Shown here one piece after another: positions 37,640 through 52,800 of a stretch of DNA of 64,000 nucleotides (within the stretch, counting starts at the first letter, position 1; every line of letters starts with the position of its first letter). Source of the DNA: Okamejei kenojei. Its lineage: Eukaryota. The DNA lies in NCBI GenBank assembly GCA_035221665.1, contig CM069155.1:24552001-24616000 (forward strand). The letters run 5' to 3'. A program made the position numbers and the translations under genes. The notes under the pieces were generated by a model. The model was not told the origin of the DNA, did no database searches, and worked only from the letters and a program-made list of their open reading frames with translations.

Positions 37640-40180
37640 AGAGGAGGCCATCGCTAAACCACCGGAGTCACCGTGGATTGTGAGTTGGACCGGCAGGTGA
37701 AGTGGACGGCGAAGAGAAAGGAAGCAGAAACGAGGATGCCGGCCGGTCAGGATTATTGGCGAGGCTGGGGAAGCAACCACACAAACGCCCAATCTGTCAC
37801 GGATGAATTGGAGCTGCTGATCGCTTCTAACTCTGCCGTCCGGACCTGCTGTGCGATGATTATAACCGAAAGCTGGTTACACCCGTTAATCCCTGACGCC
37901 GCAGTGCAACTAGCAGGCCGCACTAGCTACAGGCGGGACAGAAGCAAGGAGTCGGGTAAGAGCAGGGGACGGGGACTCTGTGACAATCTGCACAACGACT
38001 GGTGTGCCAACAGCAGGATTGTTGCCCCACACTGTTGTCCTGATCTTGAAGCCCTCTCAGTTTTATGTAGACCTTTCTATTCACCCTGAGAGCTGAGTGT
38101 AGTGATCGTCACTGCTGCTTGCATCCCTCCCGATGCTAATATTAGCATTGCCCGCGGCTACTTACTAGCCATTGTAAACAAACATCAGCGAGTCCATCCT
38201 GACGGGGCACACATCATAGCAGGAAACTTTAACAAAGCAAGTTTTAAAACAGTACTTCCCAACTTCTGCCAGCATGTGAACTGTGCAACAAGGGGGGAAA
38301 ATACTTTAGACCACGTTTACTCAAACATCAAACATGTTTACAGAACTGCAACTCTCCCTCACCTCGGCCAGTCAGACCACCTCTCACTGCTCATGTTTCC
38401 TGCTTACACCCCCCTCAGAAGAACAACAAAGCCAAGAACCTAAACCATCACAGTATGGCCCGAGGGGCCCACAAATCCCAGCTGCAGGACTGCTTTGATC
38501 ACACAGCATGGGATTTATTCGATCAAGGGGACCTGGAGGAATACACAGAAACGGTGCTTTTTTACATTAAAAGCTGCACTGACAACGTCACAGTTAATAA
38601 ACGCATCCGGGTGTTTCCCAACCAGAAACCCTGGATGACGAGTGCGGTCCAAACACTCCTCAAAAACCGCAACACCGCCTTCAGGTCAGATGACCAAGCC
38701 CGGTACAGCACCATGAGAGCCGACCTGAAGAGAGGCATCAAGGAGGCCAAGGTGGCCTACAAGAGGAGGCTCGAGGGTCACCTGTCAGACAACGACCCAC
38801 GGAGAGTGTGGCAAGGGTTACAGCACATAACCAACTATAAAGGCAGTAGCAACAGCACTGTAAATGCTGACGCTGAGTAGCTTAACCGTTTCTTTGCCCG
38901 GTTTGAGGCTAACAGGCCTGCTACAGACTCACTGCCTCCAACCGCCTCTAACACCCACACACTCACACTACAGGAACAGGATGTGAGGCATGTGTTGAGG
39001 TCAGTAAATCCAAGTAAGGCTGCTGGACCTGATGGAGTACTGAGTAAAGTACTCCAGGCATGTGCTGACCAACTCGCTGGGGCCTTCACAACGATTTTTA
39101 ACATCTCCCTGTCACGCTATCATACCACCCTGCGTGAAGTCAGCCACTGTCATTCCTATTCCCAAAAAGTCAGTCCCTGAGGACTTGAAGGACTATAGAC
39201 TGATTGCACTTACACCAGTGATTATGAAGTGCTTCGAGGAACTAGTCCTGCATCACATCAGAACCAGCCGACCTCCCTCCTTCGACCCACATCGGTTTGC
39301 CTACAGAGATAACAGATCCACTGAGGACGCAATCACCATAGCAACTCACACCGCACTGACCCACTTGGACACTGGGAAAGCTACATGAGGATGCTATTCA
39401 TTGATTATCGCTCAGCATTCTATACTGTCATTCCGGACATTTTAATCGGCAAACTGCTTGACCTAGACCTCTCCCACAGAGAGTTAAAACCGGCCCCCAC
39501 ATCTCCTCCTCCATCACACTAGGCACTGGCGCACCCAAAGGCTGTGTGCCGAGTCCACTCCTTTACTCCTTATACACCTATGGCTGTACACCTGCCCACC
39601 CTTCCAACACCATTATTAAATTTGCTGACAACACAACTGTCGTCGGGCTTATCTCAGGGGGGGGGGATGAGATACAGCGACTGTCAGAATGGTGGTCAGT
39701 AAATAACCTGACACTGAACACCACAAAGACAAAGGAGCTAATACTGGACTTCAGGAGGAAATGGGACGCAGACCCGGCCCCGCTCTGCATAAATGGGGCA
39801 TGTGTGGAAAGGGTGCAGATTTTCAAATTCCTAGGAGCCCTCATATCTGAGGACCTCTCATGGTCGGCCAACACCACTGCAACCGTCAAGAGAGCACAAC
39901 GGAGACTGCACTTCCTGAGGGTGCTCAGGAGGCACAACCAAGAACAACGCCTTCTACCGGGCGACCATTGAGAGTCTACTGACATATTGGTGTGGTATGC
40001 AGGCTGCTCTGCTGCAGATAAGAAAGTGCTCCAGAGAGTGGTAAAAACAGCAGGGAGAATCGCCGGCTGCCCACTGCCCCCTTTGGAGGACATTGCCACC
40101 TCACGCTACCTCAGCAGCCACTAAAATCATCAAAGACTCCACACACCCCGGTCACCACCTTTTTGAACTGTTGCCCTCCC
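37640..40180 (+). mobile_element. Rex1/Babar-type non-LTR retrotransposon, decayed endonuclease plus reverse transcriptase ORF
   Basis: TESWLH..., TRGENTLDHVYSNI, HLGQSDH (APE endonuclease); PNQKPWM, KAAGPDGV, DYRLIALTPVIMKCFE, NRSTEDAI, IKFADNTTVVGLI (RT); many frameshifts. Confidence 0.9.
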
Positions 40181-41792
40181 CCGCCACCTACTGGCCTGAA
40201 ACAGTATGAATGGTAAACCAGTCCTTCAAAGCAATTGGCTCAAACAGGTGAAGGACATACCCCTCACAAAATAATTCTGGAGTTTCTGTGGCAGGTATCA
40301 CTGGATATCCATTTCATCGTCAGCCCTTAAAATGCATTTTAAAACAATGATTGATGCTGCTGCCACATAATGTTGGCATTGGCAAAGTGTGTATAGGAGA
40401 TCTGCTTAGAAACTTTAGTTCTATTAATGCTTCATTTTACTATTGCTGATTTATAATGGAGAACTTCCTTCATTAAAGATAATTATCTCCGTTGGCGCCA
40501 CAGAGCAATACAACCAAATGAATCATTAAAGTTCTCCGCAGGAAGATGAGAAATATGCACCCAGAGTTATGTACATCTTCAAGAGGCCAGTGTGAGATCA
40601 GCATTGGTAAAGTCTGGCAGCACATTGACCATCCTTTCAGTCAGGAGAGGCCCAGACAAAGGTTCAGTACTGTATGCAAGAGCCCAGTCACAGCCAGTCT
40701 CCTCAGATAATATTGGAAAGGACTGGCACTGAACAACTCCACTGTTATAAACACAACTTATTTTCCCACATAATTCAGCTGACCCACGTACTCCAGGCAG
40801 GCAGCTAAACAAGCAGAGGTGCATTAGTCAGTCCTTTTGCATCTACTTTAGACCAAGCTGATGTGCCGCTTTGAATCTTTACGTCAATATTTCAAATTGA
40901 ATATGAAGCTTTAAAGGACTGAAGAAAAAGGGTCAATTTGAATCCAAATACTGTCCTTAACACTGAGGTGTGGAATGTGTGGAAACAGAGCGTTTGCTGG
41001 TGTGAGTAAAGGAACTGTACACTTCTTAAACATAACAAAGGACTCATTTATACACCATGAATTGATCAGATTGTAAAACTAAAATACATAAAAAAGAAAC
41101 TTTAGTAATTACAAATATCGCATTCACCATGATCATTCTTTCAAAATACAAAATACCATATACTTTGTTATAATTCTCAGAACGTACATTCAGAATAAAG
41201 GCTTAGAGAGACTGCGGAGACGTGCAGTGATTACCTGAAGGCCAATCTAGAAAGGAACTGTTGGAAATCAAAACTATACTGGAAATGCTTCCAATTATTA
41301 TGTATGTGTAAATCTTTGCAGCTTAGAATAAATACAGTTTCTCTGCAGGGTCCTTGTAAATCAATTTGTGTTGCATTCAAACCACTTTGTAAAGAAACAA
41401 CATTAAAAGCATAATGATTTAAACAGGAAGGAACACATGCAAGTTATCACTATAGATCTTGGGACCACGAGGCAACATTTTAAACCAATGTCCCTTCAAT
41501 TCAATGGTATTTGTTGGATAAGGACTGATAAGGGCAATGTTACAATGACATCACTTGTTTTTAAGGTTCCCTTTTAACCAAAAGACGTCAGGGCCTCTAT
41601 TGGGTGCTAAAAATAGAAATCGTGATTTTCTATATCTAGTCAGATTGTTAAGGATCAGAAAATGTACCAAGTTAGCCTTCCTTATTTGTTAGATTTCATC
41701 TCCTGGTTTGCTCCTTTCAAAGGACTAGAATGTGTATTAAAAAGTTATAGAAACTAAATGCCAAAATCACAGCAATTCACAGTCTGTAAAAC

Positions 41793-43863
41793 TTTATTCT
41801 GAATGTTTCACCATAAAAAATATACAACATCCAGACTTCCTCTTAGGAGTTCAGTCTCATTTCAGTGCATTCTCTGAACATTGAGAAACAAAACCCAGAT
41901 CTCAATCATAGACATGATAAAGGAGTAAACCAGAGAGTCCTTTGAGAAGAGTGGGAATGTAAACACTTGGCACAAGACCCATGGGAACTCAGAACCAGCT
42001 TCGGTGAAAGCTAACTTAAAGTTTGCCTTGGTCAGCTGGAAGCGTATTCCAGTAGTCTGGTACCCCTTCCACACTGGAACAACAACTTTCTTCTTGCCAA
42101 AGATTTTATTCCTCACATACAATGGCAAGTTCCTTGAAATATCTAACTATGAAATGAACAAAAGGGAATCCCTCATACCTGTTAAATATGTATTTAACTG
42201 TACAATCCAATAAATGCCGTGGCATGTTGCAAACCCACAGGGAAAGAAAAGGCAATGGACAAAGACAGCATTTGCATCTGCACCCAGGGCACATTCTCAT
42301 CCTCCTCCCTCTGTTTGCTAAGATGGCATTGCAATGGTATCCCCAGACTCATAATTAACACCTTTGATCATTCTAGCACTACTTGCGTTAATATTAAATT
42401 TTATATTTTCTTCATCTTTCCAAAGGAGAAAAATGTATGCAATTATATGCCACGAGTAGGGAGGCAAAGGTTTAAGTTTGTATGGTCTGCAGCACAATTT
42501 TTCCAATGAAGACTGGTGACATTTTTGAGTCATTACCTGGTATCCCAGATCCCTAGATATTAACCTAATGCCTTGAAGGTATTTTCTGTTTACTGCAAGG
42601 GACTATTAGCCACACTGTTGAGTGTCAAGTCCATTCATTTTCTTGCCCCACTTTTACTACTCATTTACAAAGGCAACGCAAAACCAACGAATATTTACAT
42701 TGCGTTTTGCAGACAGTTACTGGTTTAACAGGTTATTGCTTTTCTTCCTGCATCTGAAGGAATAATAAAAATAAGTAATAATTCACTATATATTGAACAG
42801 AAGCTCAATTCTTGAACAAGGCATTTGCCTACCTGGCAGGTTGGCAGATTTTCAGAAATTGATGAACATTGGTGAGTGCTTAAATCAGTCAAAAATCGAT
42901 TTTTGCCAAGGACATAAGAATCTTGTAAAAATTGTTCTACAGCTAACCAAACAACCTCTGACGTAACCAGTCAGTCACACTTACATTCCTGTCATGGTGG
43001 TAAACATTTTCAACATCTGTTTACATGTTATAAAAACAGAAAACACACACACTGTCTAGTTCTTCGTTACAAGAGTTCAGAGGGAGTGAATAAAAACCAA
43101 AGTTGTAAAAATCAATTCCTAGGTGAGAGGGGATGGCGATTGTTGGTTTAATACTTAATTCCCCAAAACGCAAATGTAATGCCACATAAAGGATACCCAA
43201 TGGGCACGACTGAACACATGGTGAAGGTAGCCCACCAGATTATTGTGAAATTGCATCATTAAGAAAGATGATGCTGACAAGTTTTAAAAAGGAATTGATT
43301 TTTTGGAACTTTTTGTTGTCTCGTTAACACTAGCACCAAAGCTTCAGTGGTCATCAAACAGCAAAAACCATGTAAGAAAGTCCTGGTCAGGTGGCGGTGA
43401 ATCCCATTAAGTTTGGCTCATCTGCTTTTTGCATTAGAGTACTATTCAAGAATTTCCTGGAACAGTTGTCTGTGCAAACTGGCGAGAGTGACCATATGCT
43501 ACAGAATGTCCTGGATCACCTCCTCTTCCATTCAGACCTCCACAGATACAGCCCCTGGCATAACTGAAGCACTGTGGAGAGCAACCAAGCTCATCACAGT
43601 CATTAGATTGTTCTTTATTTATCATTTGTTTTAAAGTGACATTTCTGAAGAGTTCCAGGCAATGAACCCTAGTATCTGACAAAATAGAGCATTATTCGGA
43701 TTCATGTGTGAACTTTAAGCAGCCTATTCACAAAGTACTATGGGAAGGCACCATGCAGGCAGCGAGGCAGGAAGCAACAGGAGCAGCACAAGGTTTGTTT
43801 CTTTTAAAGTTGGTGGACAGTTAAGGCTTGTATCGGACTCATTGTTCTGTTAGGATGATCCAT
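41793..43863 (-). other. KIAA1671: Probable KIAA1671 3' UTR ending near AATAAA at 41793-41798
   Basis: Repeat-free AT-rich stretch after a strong acceptor (ttttgtttttcag at 43872); true 3' end uncertain. Confidence 0.5.
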
Positions 43864-46800
43864 TCATTGGTCTGAAAAACAAAATAAACCAGATATTAGA
43901 AAGAAAACTTGCTCAATTGAGACATTCCAATTTCCCTCAATATGTCAACGATTTTTCCACAAATTGACATTTACAGCTCCTGTAACTGTAAATGGGCAAA
44001 ACTCACCCATTCATCACTCAACCCAGTCCTCCAGTCTCATGGCTGCCAAAGACACCTATTGCCCAAGTGCCCCCTCTTGTGTACGACAGAAAATACTCCC
44101 CAGTTAGATGCAAGATTCCTACTTTAAGATCAGGATCTAAATTCGGAAGCAGCAGATCGCCATTATGATCTTGGCATTTGATCATTGCATATTTCTCCCA
44201 ACAATATGGTTTGTGTCTCAGGTGGCTCTCAGTACTGCCATCTCACACATTAATTATTTATTTGAGAACATTTCAGTCATTGAGGCTAATTCAACAAATT
44301 TGCAGAATACTCTGCTTATTTGCACTGGGATGCTGGACACTTAAGTTAGACTTCAGTTATCAGCAAGTGTGAAGATCAACAATTGGAGATGATTGAGGTC
44401 ACCCCTCTAAGTATGTATAGGGTTGGATTTTAAAAAAAAATCCCGAATCCACTCCATTGATAATCTATTCTTCCCTGCCCATAGTTGAAACTGATTTGAC
44501 TCCATGTAAAAAATGACTGGTGATTTGTTATGGGAAGAAATTGGCAGCAGTACAATAGAAAGTTATTCCTGTAAATTCATTCTAATTAATGCTGAGCAAT
44601 AAAGTGCAAATCTGATGCCAAGTCAGAGTAACAAGGCCATACAACTTCATCAGATTAAACACTGACAGTTGTTCTCTCCCTCCAACAAACCCCATGACAG
44701 TTCAGTTCTGTTCGCCCTGCTGTCTTCAGACTCTGGTAGTGCTGCTCCCTCTCTCCTGACTTTGCCGAGATGTAATTGAATGTTGAATGTTATAAATCAG
44801 TCGCTTTATTTCTGCGATCATCTCATAATCTTATAGATTAACACTCCAATCTTCAGAATTGTATCAGACAGGGAAATTCGACTTGAACCAATACATGGAC
44901 TGACACAGGTTGTACCTACCTGAAGAAGAATGAAGCTGACTCAATCTTTTCTTTGATTTTAGCTCCTGTAACCATGAAGGAACCACTACTTCAGATCTAA
45001 AGGGGGAAATTAAAATACCAACGTGTCATTACAATGACATAAACTTTAAAGTAAAAGCTGTCTGAAATGGTAAACGCACTCGTGGATTTTCCTCATCAAC
45101 TCAAAGCCTGATTCAGACTAATCCCAGTCTGTGGAATTCTCTGCCTCAGAGGGCAGTGGAGGCAGGTTCTCTGGATGCTTTCAAGAGAGAGCTAGATAGG
45201 GCTCTTAAAGATAGCGGAGTCAGGGGATATGGGGAGAAGGCAGGAATGGGGTACGGATTGGGGATGATCAGCCGTGATCACATTGAATGACGGTGCTGGC
45301 TCAAAGGGCCAAATGGCCTACTCCTGCACCTATTGTCTATTGTTAGGATCGCAGGGGCCTGAGCAGATGATGTTGCAACCAGTAGGTGGCAGGAGCATGC
45401 ACAGGTCCCGAGGTGATTGCATGTACTGATGCCGGCAAAGAGACACTGAGAGAGGCTGGAAACTTCTCCGCATGGCCTCTTAGCTCAGGAAATAAATGCC
45501 AGCAAAAGGCGGGAAAAGACTCAAAGGCTGTGATGGAAAATGTTTGCTTACCCTTCCCCTTTGCCGTTTGTTGGCGGCAGAACTCTGAAACTTTGCTGGG
45601 AAGAAAGCTTGCAAGATTTGGAATTCGATTCATCCACATCTTCACCCGCTGGTCGAGTTTTCCGCAGACCGGCCTAGGCATAGGAAACAGAACTTGAGTC
45701 ACAGACACTGCCACGATGGCCATGGCTTCAATAACAATACCAGGAGACAGCAATCACCTGAGGAGCTGTAATGTGCGTGAAGTGTGTGGCTGCGGGTTCA
45801 GGTTTAACCGTGCAACACTACCTCAACATAAAGCTACTAAACACTGTCAATAGGCTAACCTGTTATATGCTCCACCTCACTCATTTAATCACCTTAGTGG
45901 GTTTATAGACATCCTTCTGCCCTCTAAGAAAATAAATCAAACTCAAATGTCAGTCTGACCTCTCATTCAACACAATGTGATCTCAATCAGATTTCACCTG
46001 GGATGTGCAGCATTTAGGCAGTTCAGAATCCATTCTGGTCTAAATGACCTTTGGATATTGCTGACACTCATTGTCCTCATAACTATAATTCCTGTATTGA
46101 TCTAGTTATTCAAACAGTTCTATTTCAGAGGATGAGTTGGTGCTGCATTAATCACTTTCTCTGGGAATCTATTTGATTCATTTACAAGTTTAAAAATTTC
46201 AATCTAATTTCAAACCTTGTTCAACATTGTCCATGATATGCTCGTCCCCTCTGGGATTTAGCTCCATGCGAGCTAATGACATGCGCGCAATACATTGTCC
46301 AAGCTTCTTAACATTTAAGAAAATTACATAATTTCTCCTCTCTGTCTTTTAGTCCCATCGAACATAAATTCAGTTGCAAAGTATTACACAGACTGCAGCG
46401 CACGCAAGCAGAAACAGGCCTGTGTTTGGGCAGCAACTGACCTCATCTAATCCTTCCTCTCTCTCCTCAGCATTAACACTGCATGTCCTTCTCTTTCACA
46501 TGGTCAACTTGCTTCTCCATAAATACAAACAAATTGATGGCCTCAAACACTCCTCAAAATCAAGTATACAGCAAAAAACAGGCTCTTTGACCCACTTAAT
46601 CCATGCAAATCATCAAGAGTAGGCAGGTACTGCAGTTGCTGGTTTAAATCGAAGATAGACACAAAATGCTGAAGTAGCTCAGCGGGACAGGCAGCATCTC
46701 TGGAGAGAAGGAATGGGTGACGTTTCAGGTCAAGACCTTTCTTCAGACTGAAGTCTGGGCAATCATAGGAATCATAGATAGATCATCAAGTTTCTATTTA

Positions 46801-49800
46801 CACTAATCCCATTTTATTTTTCCCACATTCCCATCAACACCACCTCAATCAAGCACTCGCCAACATACTAGGGGCAGTGTTTAGTGCCCAATCAACATAC
46901 CATCCGACAGGTGTTTGGGGTGGGAGGAACCATAATGTGCAAGGAGACTGTGAAAATTCTAAATTAACAGCAGCAGAGGCTGGGATGATTCAGGTTGTCT
47001 AAGCTGGGAGACAGCTGCTCCACTATACCACTCTTCCAGCTGTGAGTTCCACACCCTCACCACTCTGGGTTAAAAGCCTTCATCTAATTTCCTCAATTGA
47101 TTTTTTTGCAGCTTTATATTTGGCCTACCTCACAAACAGACCTCTTTGCTACTCTGGTCTTTCAAAGTTTTCAGAATTTTAAAGATCTACGACACAAGAG
47201 ACCCCAGATGCTGGGATCTTGAGCAAAACACAAAGTGTTGGAGATACTCAGCGGGTCAGGCAGCATTAGTGGAGGAAATTAACAGATAACCATTCATGTT
47301 GGGGCCCTTCAGGGCAGGCGTGTTATCCTTCATATATACACAATTCAGGGATCACCCTATCTTTTTATTACTGGAGCTTGAGGCATGGTGTAACCAAATT
47401 CAGCATACTTCTCATTTTCAATGCTATCCTGTAGAAATAAACCCTACATTTGGTTTAATTTTCATCTGTGTGGCAAAATTCTGTGATATGTGGGTCAGGC
47501 AGCATCTCTGGTGAAGCCCTTTTCCAGAAATGCTGCCTGACCCGCTGAGTTACTCCTGCACTTTGTCGTTGTTTGTAAACCCGCACATGCAGTTCCCGAT
47601 TTCTTTATCAATGTGTGTTTTAGCATTTCCCAGATCAGTTTTTTTATTCTCCACTATTTTTATCTCTCGGTCTCAGTTTATCTCCCCCCACCCTCAATCT
47701 TCTCCGAGCACTGCGAAATGTGACCACGTCACTTTTGAAACTCTAAAATCATACACATTACCTGAAGTGTGGCATTGCTATGAACTGTGGCAGTTTGAAA
47801 TAACATTTTATACGTGTCAATCATTTTTACATTTGATAATAAAAGTAGAAATTGCTGGAGATATTAAGTGGGTCAGGCTGAGGAGATAATATAAATACAC
47901 ATTTCAAATTGACTTTTTAACAATCTTTTATCAGAAAAGTTCTGTTGATAACAATTTGCCTGAACAATAACGTTAGTTCCTTCCATGTACACTTCCTTAA
48001 TAAACAGGAGCAGGTACCAGGCTGCTGTTGCCCCTTGGGTTCAGGCAATCAGGGTTTTATACAAATTATGGCTTTAAAAAAAACTAAGTGCCCTCCAAAA
48101 ATAAATTTTCTGAGACTTATTTGCATTTCCAACATTTACCACCAGATGCTCCCATGATTTGTGCTGAGACAGGTTCTGACAAAACCGGTTTCCATGCAAC
48201 TAGGGTTAGATGCAAGAAAGAACTGCAGATGCTGGTTTAAACCATAGATAGACACAAACAACCGGAGTAACTCAGCAGGACCGGCAGCATCTCTGGAGAG
48301 AATTTCGAGAGTCACGTACCTCGACTCCACCCTATTTCCCCCCCCCCCCCCCCCCCCCCGGTCTAATCGCACCCGACCTATGTCCAAGATACCTCACGTG
48401 CCTTCGTCTCTTTAATGACTTCTGTTTTCCGAGCCCCCACTCCCTCATCTTTACTATGGATGTGCAATCACTCTACACCTCCGTCCCCCACCAGGAAGAC
48501 CTTAAAGCCTTCCGTTCCTTCCCCGACCGCAGGACCATCCAATTTCCCTCAACTAACACTCTACTCCACCTAACAGAGCTGGTCCTCACCCTCAACAACT
48601 TCTCCTTTGACTCCTCCCACTTCCTCCAAGTCCAAGGCGTAGCTATTGGCCCCAGCTATGCCTGCCTCTTTGTCGGGAACTTTGAACAATCTCTGTTCCA
48701 GGCGTACACTGGCCCTATCCCCAAACTCTATCTCTGTTAAATTGATGACTGCATCGGTGCTACCTCCTGCATCCATGCAGAACTCATGGACTTCATCACT
48801 TCACCACCAACTTTCATCCTGCACTCAAATTTACTTGAACCAGCTCCAACACCTCCCTCCTCTTTCTTGATCTCACAGTCTCCATCACAAGAAATAGACT
48901 ATTGAATGATGTCTATTACAAACCCACTGACTCCCACAACTATCTCGACAACTTCTTCCCATCCTGCTACCTGCAAAGACTCCATCTCCTACTCCCACTT
49001 CCTCCGTCTATGCCGCATCTGTGCCCACAATGAGGTGTTCCATACCTAGAATATCCGAGATGTTCACATTCTTTAGGGAACGGGTGTTCCCCTCTCCCTC
49101 ACTCGTGTCTTCTCGGTACCCCGCAGCTTCACCCTTGCTCCCCTCCCCCGGTCGCAACAGAGACCCTAGTCCTTATCTTCCACCCCATCAGCTGTCGCAT
49201 AGAACACTTAATCCCCCGAAATTTCCGCCACCTCCAACATGATACCACCACTAGCCACATTTTCCCATCTCCACCCCTTTCCGCCTTCTGCAGAGACCGT
49301 GTCATCCGTTACTCCCTGGTTGTCATCCCTTCCCACCCAAACCACCCCCTCCCTAGGTACCTTCCCCAGCAACTGCAGAAGATGCAACACCTGTCGCTAT
49401 ACCTCCTCCCTTAACTCTGGACCCTAACATTTCTTTCAGGTGAGGCAGAGGTTCACTTGCACCTCCTCCAACCTCATCTACTGTATCCGTTGTTCAAGAT
49501 GTGGACTCTTACATATCGGCGAGACTAAACGCTGACTGGACGATCATTTCGCGGAACACCTTCGCTCAGCCCGCCTGAACCACCCTGATCTCCCGGTTGC
49601 TGGACATTTAAATTCTCCTTTCCATTCCAACACAGACCTTTCTGTCCTAGGTCTCCTCCATTGCCAGAGTGAGCCTAAACGCAAATTGGAGGAACAGCAT
49701 CTCATATTTCCCTTGGACAGCCCAGTGGTATATCGATTTTTCTCATTTCACGTAGCCCCAGCATTTCCTCTCCCTCTATCCCTCCCCTATCCAAGTCGCA

Positions 49801-52800
49801 CTAGCTTCTCATTTTCACCCTACAAATATCTTCACAACATCTTCAATATCTCTAGTTTCCCTTATCCCTAACCAGTCTGAAGAAGGGTCTCGACCCAAAA
49901 CATCACCCATCCCTTCTCTCCAGAGATGCTGTCTGTCCCGCTGAGTCACTCCAGCTTTTTTCGTATATCAAATAGGGTCAGGGTTCCTTCCAGCTCGACT
50001 GTCGGGCGACCCAATGAAAAAACTTCCCCAGATAATGCACGGGGCAACGTTTCTATAACTTTCTTTACATGGTATGCTTCAGATAGTGGTTATATATAAA
50101 TATTTTCAAAAACAGTAGCTAACTTTGTGGCACTGGATTTCATAGAACGGCCTGAGAGGACAGATGGAGCTTTGACCTTCAAGGATCATGGAATTGTTAC
50201 TGCATAGTAGGCAAGCATTTGGCCCATCAAGTCCATTCAAGATGGTTGTGGACGGAAAACTGAGCTGCAAACACTGCAGGTTTCGTTCATGTGGCAATTG
50301 TCCCCCACTCAGTGAATGTAACATTGTAAAGGGACAGAAGTGTACTGGGGCACAGAAGGCACCAGCTCCTTATCAAGGCCTGTCTCACGTTGCAAACTGG
50401 AATCTGAACTCAGTGAGAAATCCCCTTTTGGCGGGACATTAATGTCCCATTTATATTAAGACAGCAGTCAGAATTTCAGAGAACTCTACCTTTAGTACCG
50501 CAGGATCCATCCCAGGAAACATTGCAACTTTTTGACACTGTGACACTGGCCTCTCACATGCTTTGATCTCCTGTGTGGTCAATTCTCCAAGGTCAAATGG
50601 CCTGGGTTCTGTTGAGGAAAGGATAATTTTTGCATATGATAGATATGTACTTTGGCTCTGCTCATTTTCTTCCCTTTAGTCTTCATAAACACAGTTGCAG
50701 TGAACTGACATAGACATTCTCCCCACCCCCTCATAAAAGAATTTGAAGTGGAGATAGATACATTTTTAAGAGATCAGAGGACTAACAGTTTTGATGATTG
50801 GACACAGAGGAGGAGTTGGGGCCTGAGGTAGATCAGCCATGATCACACTGAATGGTAGGGCGAGCATGAAGGGCCGAGTGGCCAACTCTGCCTTTTGTCT
50901 TGAGCTCTTGTTTGTAAAGATTTGCATTCTTTAGGAATAAACTGTATATTTACTCCTTGCATTGACATTTCTCACTTAGCTAAGGTCTTTCCTCCCCGCT
51001 TGACCCCAGCCTTACCCGTTGAGTCTTTGTACATGCTGGCGTCCACACTTGTTTCTAACAATTGGTCTGTGCCGTCGAAGTAGTCCCCCACGCCCCCCTT
51101 CCTGTGCTTTGTTGGTGCCCGACGTATCGTCTTCCTGCTGAGCTGGATGCGGCTTTTCTGGGCATAACTGTCCAGGGTGGTCACCGGCTGGGTGGAGAGA
51201 TGTGGAGAGAGCAGTCAATACTCAACTCTATGGTTTTCACCCTGAAACATTAGCTCTCTTTCTCTTTCCAGAGATGCTGCCACAACCAGAGTGCTTCCAG
51301 CATTTACTATTTTACGTTGCATTTTTCCTAACATAAGTATTTAATGCTGACCAATGTGAAGCTCATGAGGAACATCAATTCTAGCACAGGTTGCTGGGAC
51401 ATATGGCCCGATTATGCACTTTGAAATTCTGTGACAAATGGCATACGAAATAGAAAACAATTAGTTAGTTAAATTCAAACTTGGATAGGTCAGGTACACT
51501 GTTAAAAGGCAATGGGATCACTATGTAAAGAGAGAACAGAACCGGTGAGGTACTGGGAAACCTTCAAGATGCTCATAATGACTACCCTGGGCGCGTTTTG
51601 CTTAATTCTGGGCACCACACCTTCTGTTAGGTCTCTCGAGAAAAGATTTGACTTTAGAGATACAGCGCAGAAGCAAGCCCTTCGGTCCACCTAGTCTGCG
51701 CAGACCAGCGATCACCCCGTACGCTAGCACTATCTTACACACTAGGGACAATTTACATTTTTTTTCAACTAAAACCAATTAACTCACAAATATGTACGTC
51801 TTTGGAGTGTGGGGAGAAACCGGGGCACCTGGAGAAAACCCACACAGTCCCAGGGAGAACGTACAAACTGCATATAAACTGCACCCGTAGTTAGGATCGA
51901 ACCTGGGTCTCTGCCACTTTAAACTAGCAACCCCATCGTTGCGCCCTATTCATTACATTGGTACTGGGAATGGGGAATTGTTACCGAGGCATGTTCCCTT
52001 ACAATACAGAGGTGGGGAGGATATTTTATAAAGATACTCATAAATCATGAATTTTGACAGAGTGAATGAGAAACTGTTTCCAGGAATTGGTGGAAGAAAT
52101 CTAATTGTAACTATAAAAAGTATTTGGGAAAATTAGGAGGATAAAATATTTACAGAAAATGGGACAGAGCCAGTGGGACTATTTGAAAGGATCTTCCAGC
52201 AGGTGGTTGCAGGCAGGCACATTACAGGCATCTTGTGGATTCTTAACTTTTTTCACTGAATACTACTGGTAAATAAATGCATTATGGAAGGCAAATTCAT
52301 CAAATCAGTCATTGGAGATAAACTGTTAACATTTTTGGCAGCATCCTTGCAGCTTAATGATTTGCTTGTCCCCCTCTGCAGACCATCTCAGTCACTGAGA
52401 TACTTTCTATAACACACAGATTAGCCATTTCTGTTTGATTTACTCATTAATTTCACTATATGGCCCAGAAGAATGGTTGTCAACAATGCTTGTCCCAGAA
52501 ATTCAAGACATTTCTGATTACGTTTCATAACAAAGTGTCTTCCCAACTTTTAGACATCAGACTAAGCATCTTCCTTGGCCTCATTCAATATCGCACAACT
52601 GCAGGGTCTGTGGAAAGTAGGCTCAATATTAACATTTTGTTGAAACAAGGAACTGCGGATGCATGGTTCGCACAAAAAGGCATAAAGCAATAGAGTAATT
52701 CAGCGTGTAAGACAGCATCTCTGGAGAACATGGATAGGTGACTGAAGAAGGGTCCCGACACGAAATGTCACCTATCCATTTTCTCAAGAGATGCTGCCTG

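Noticed and set aside
48338-48359. Long C homopolymers (also near 21274-21289) as G-quadruplex signals
   Set aside because: Lie at or within retroelement junctions; simple slippage is sufficient
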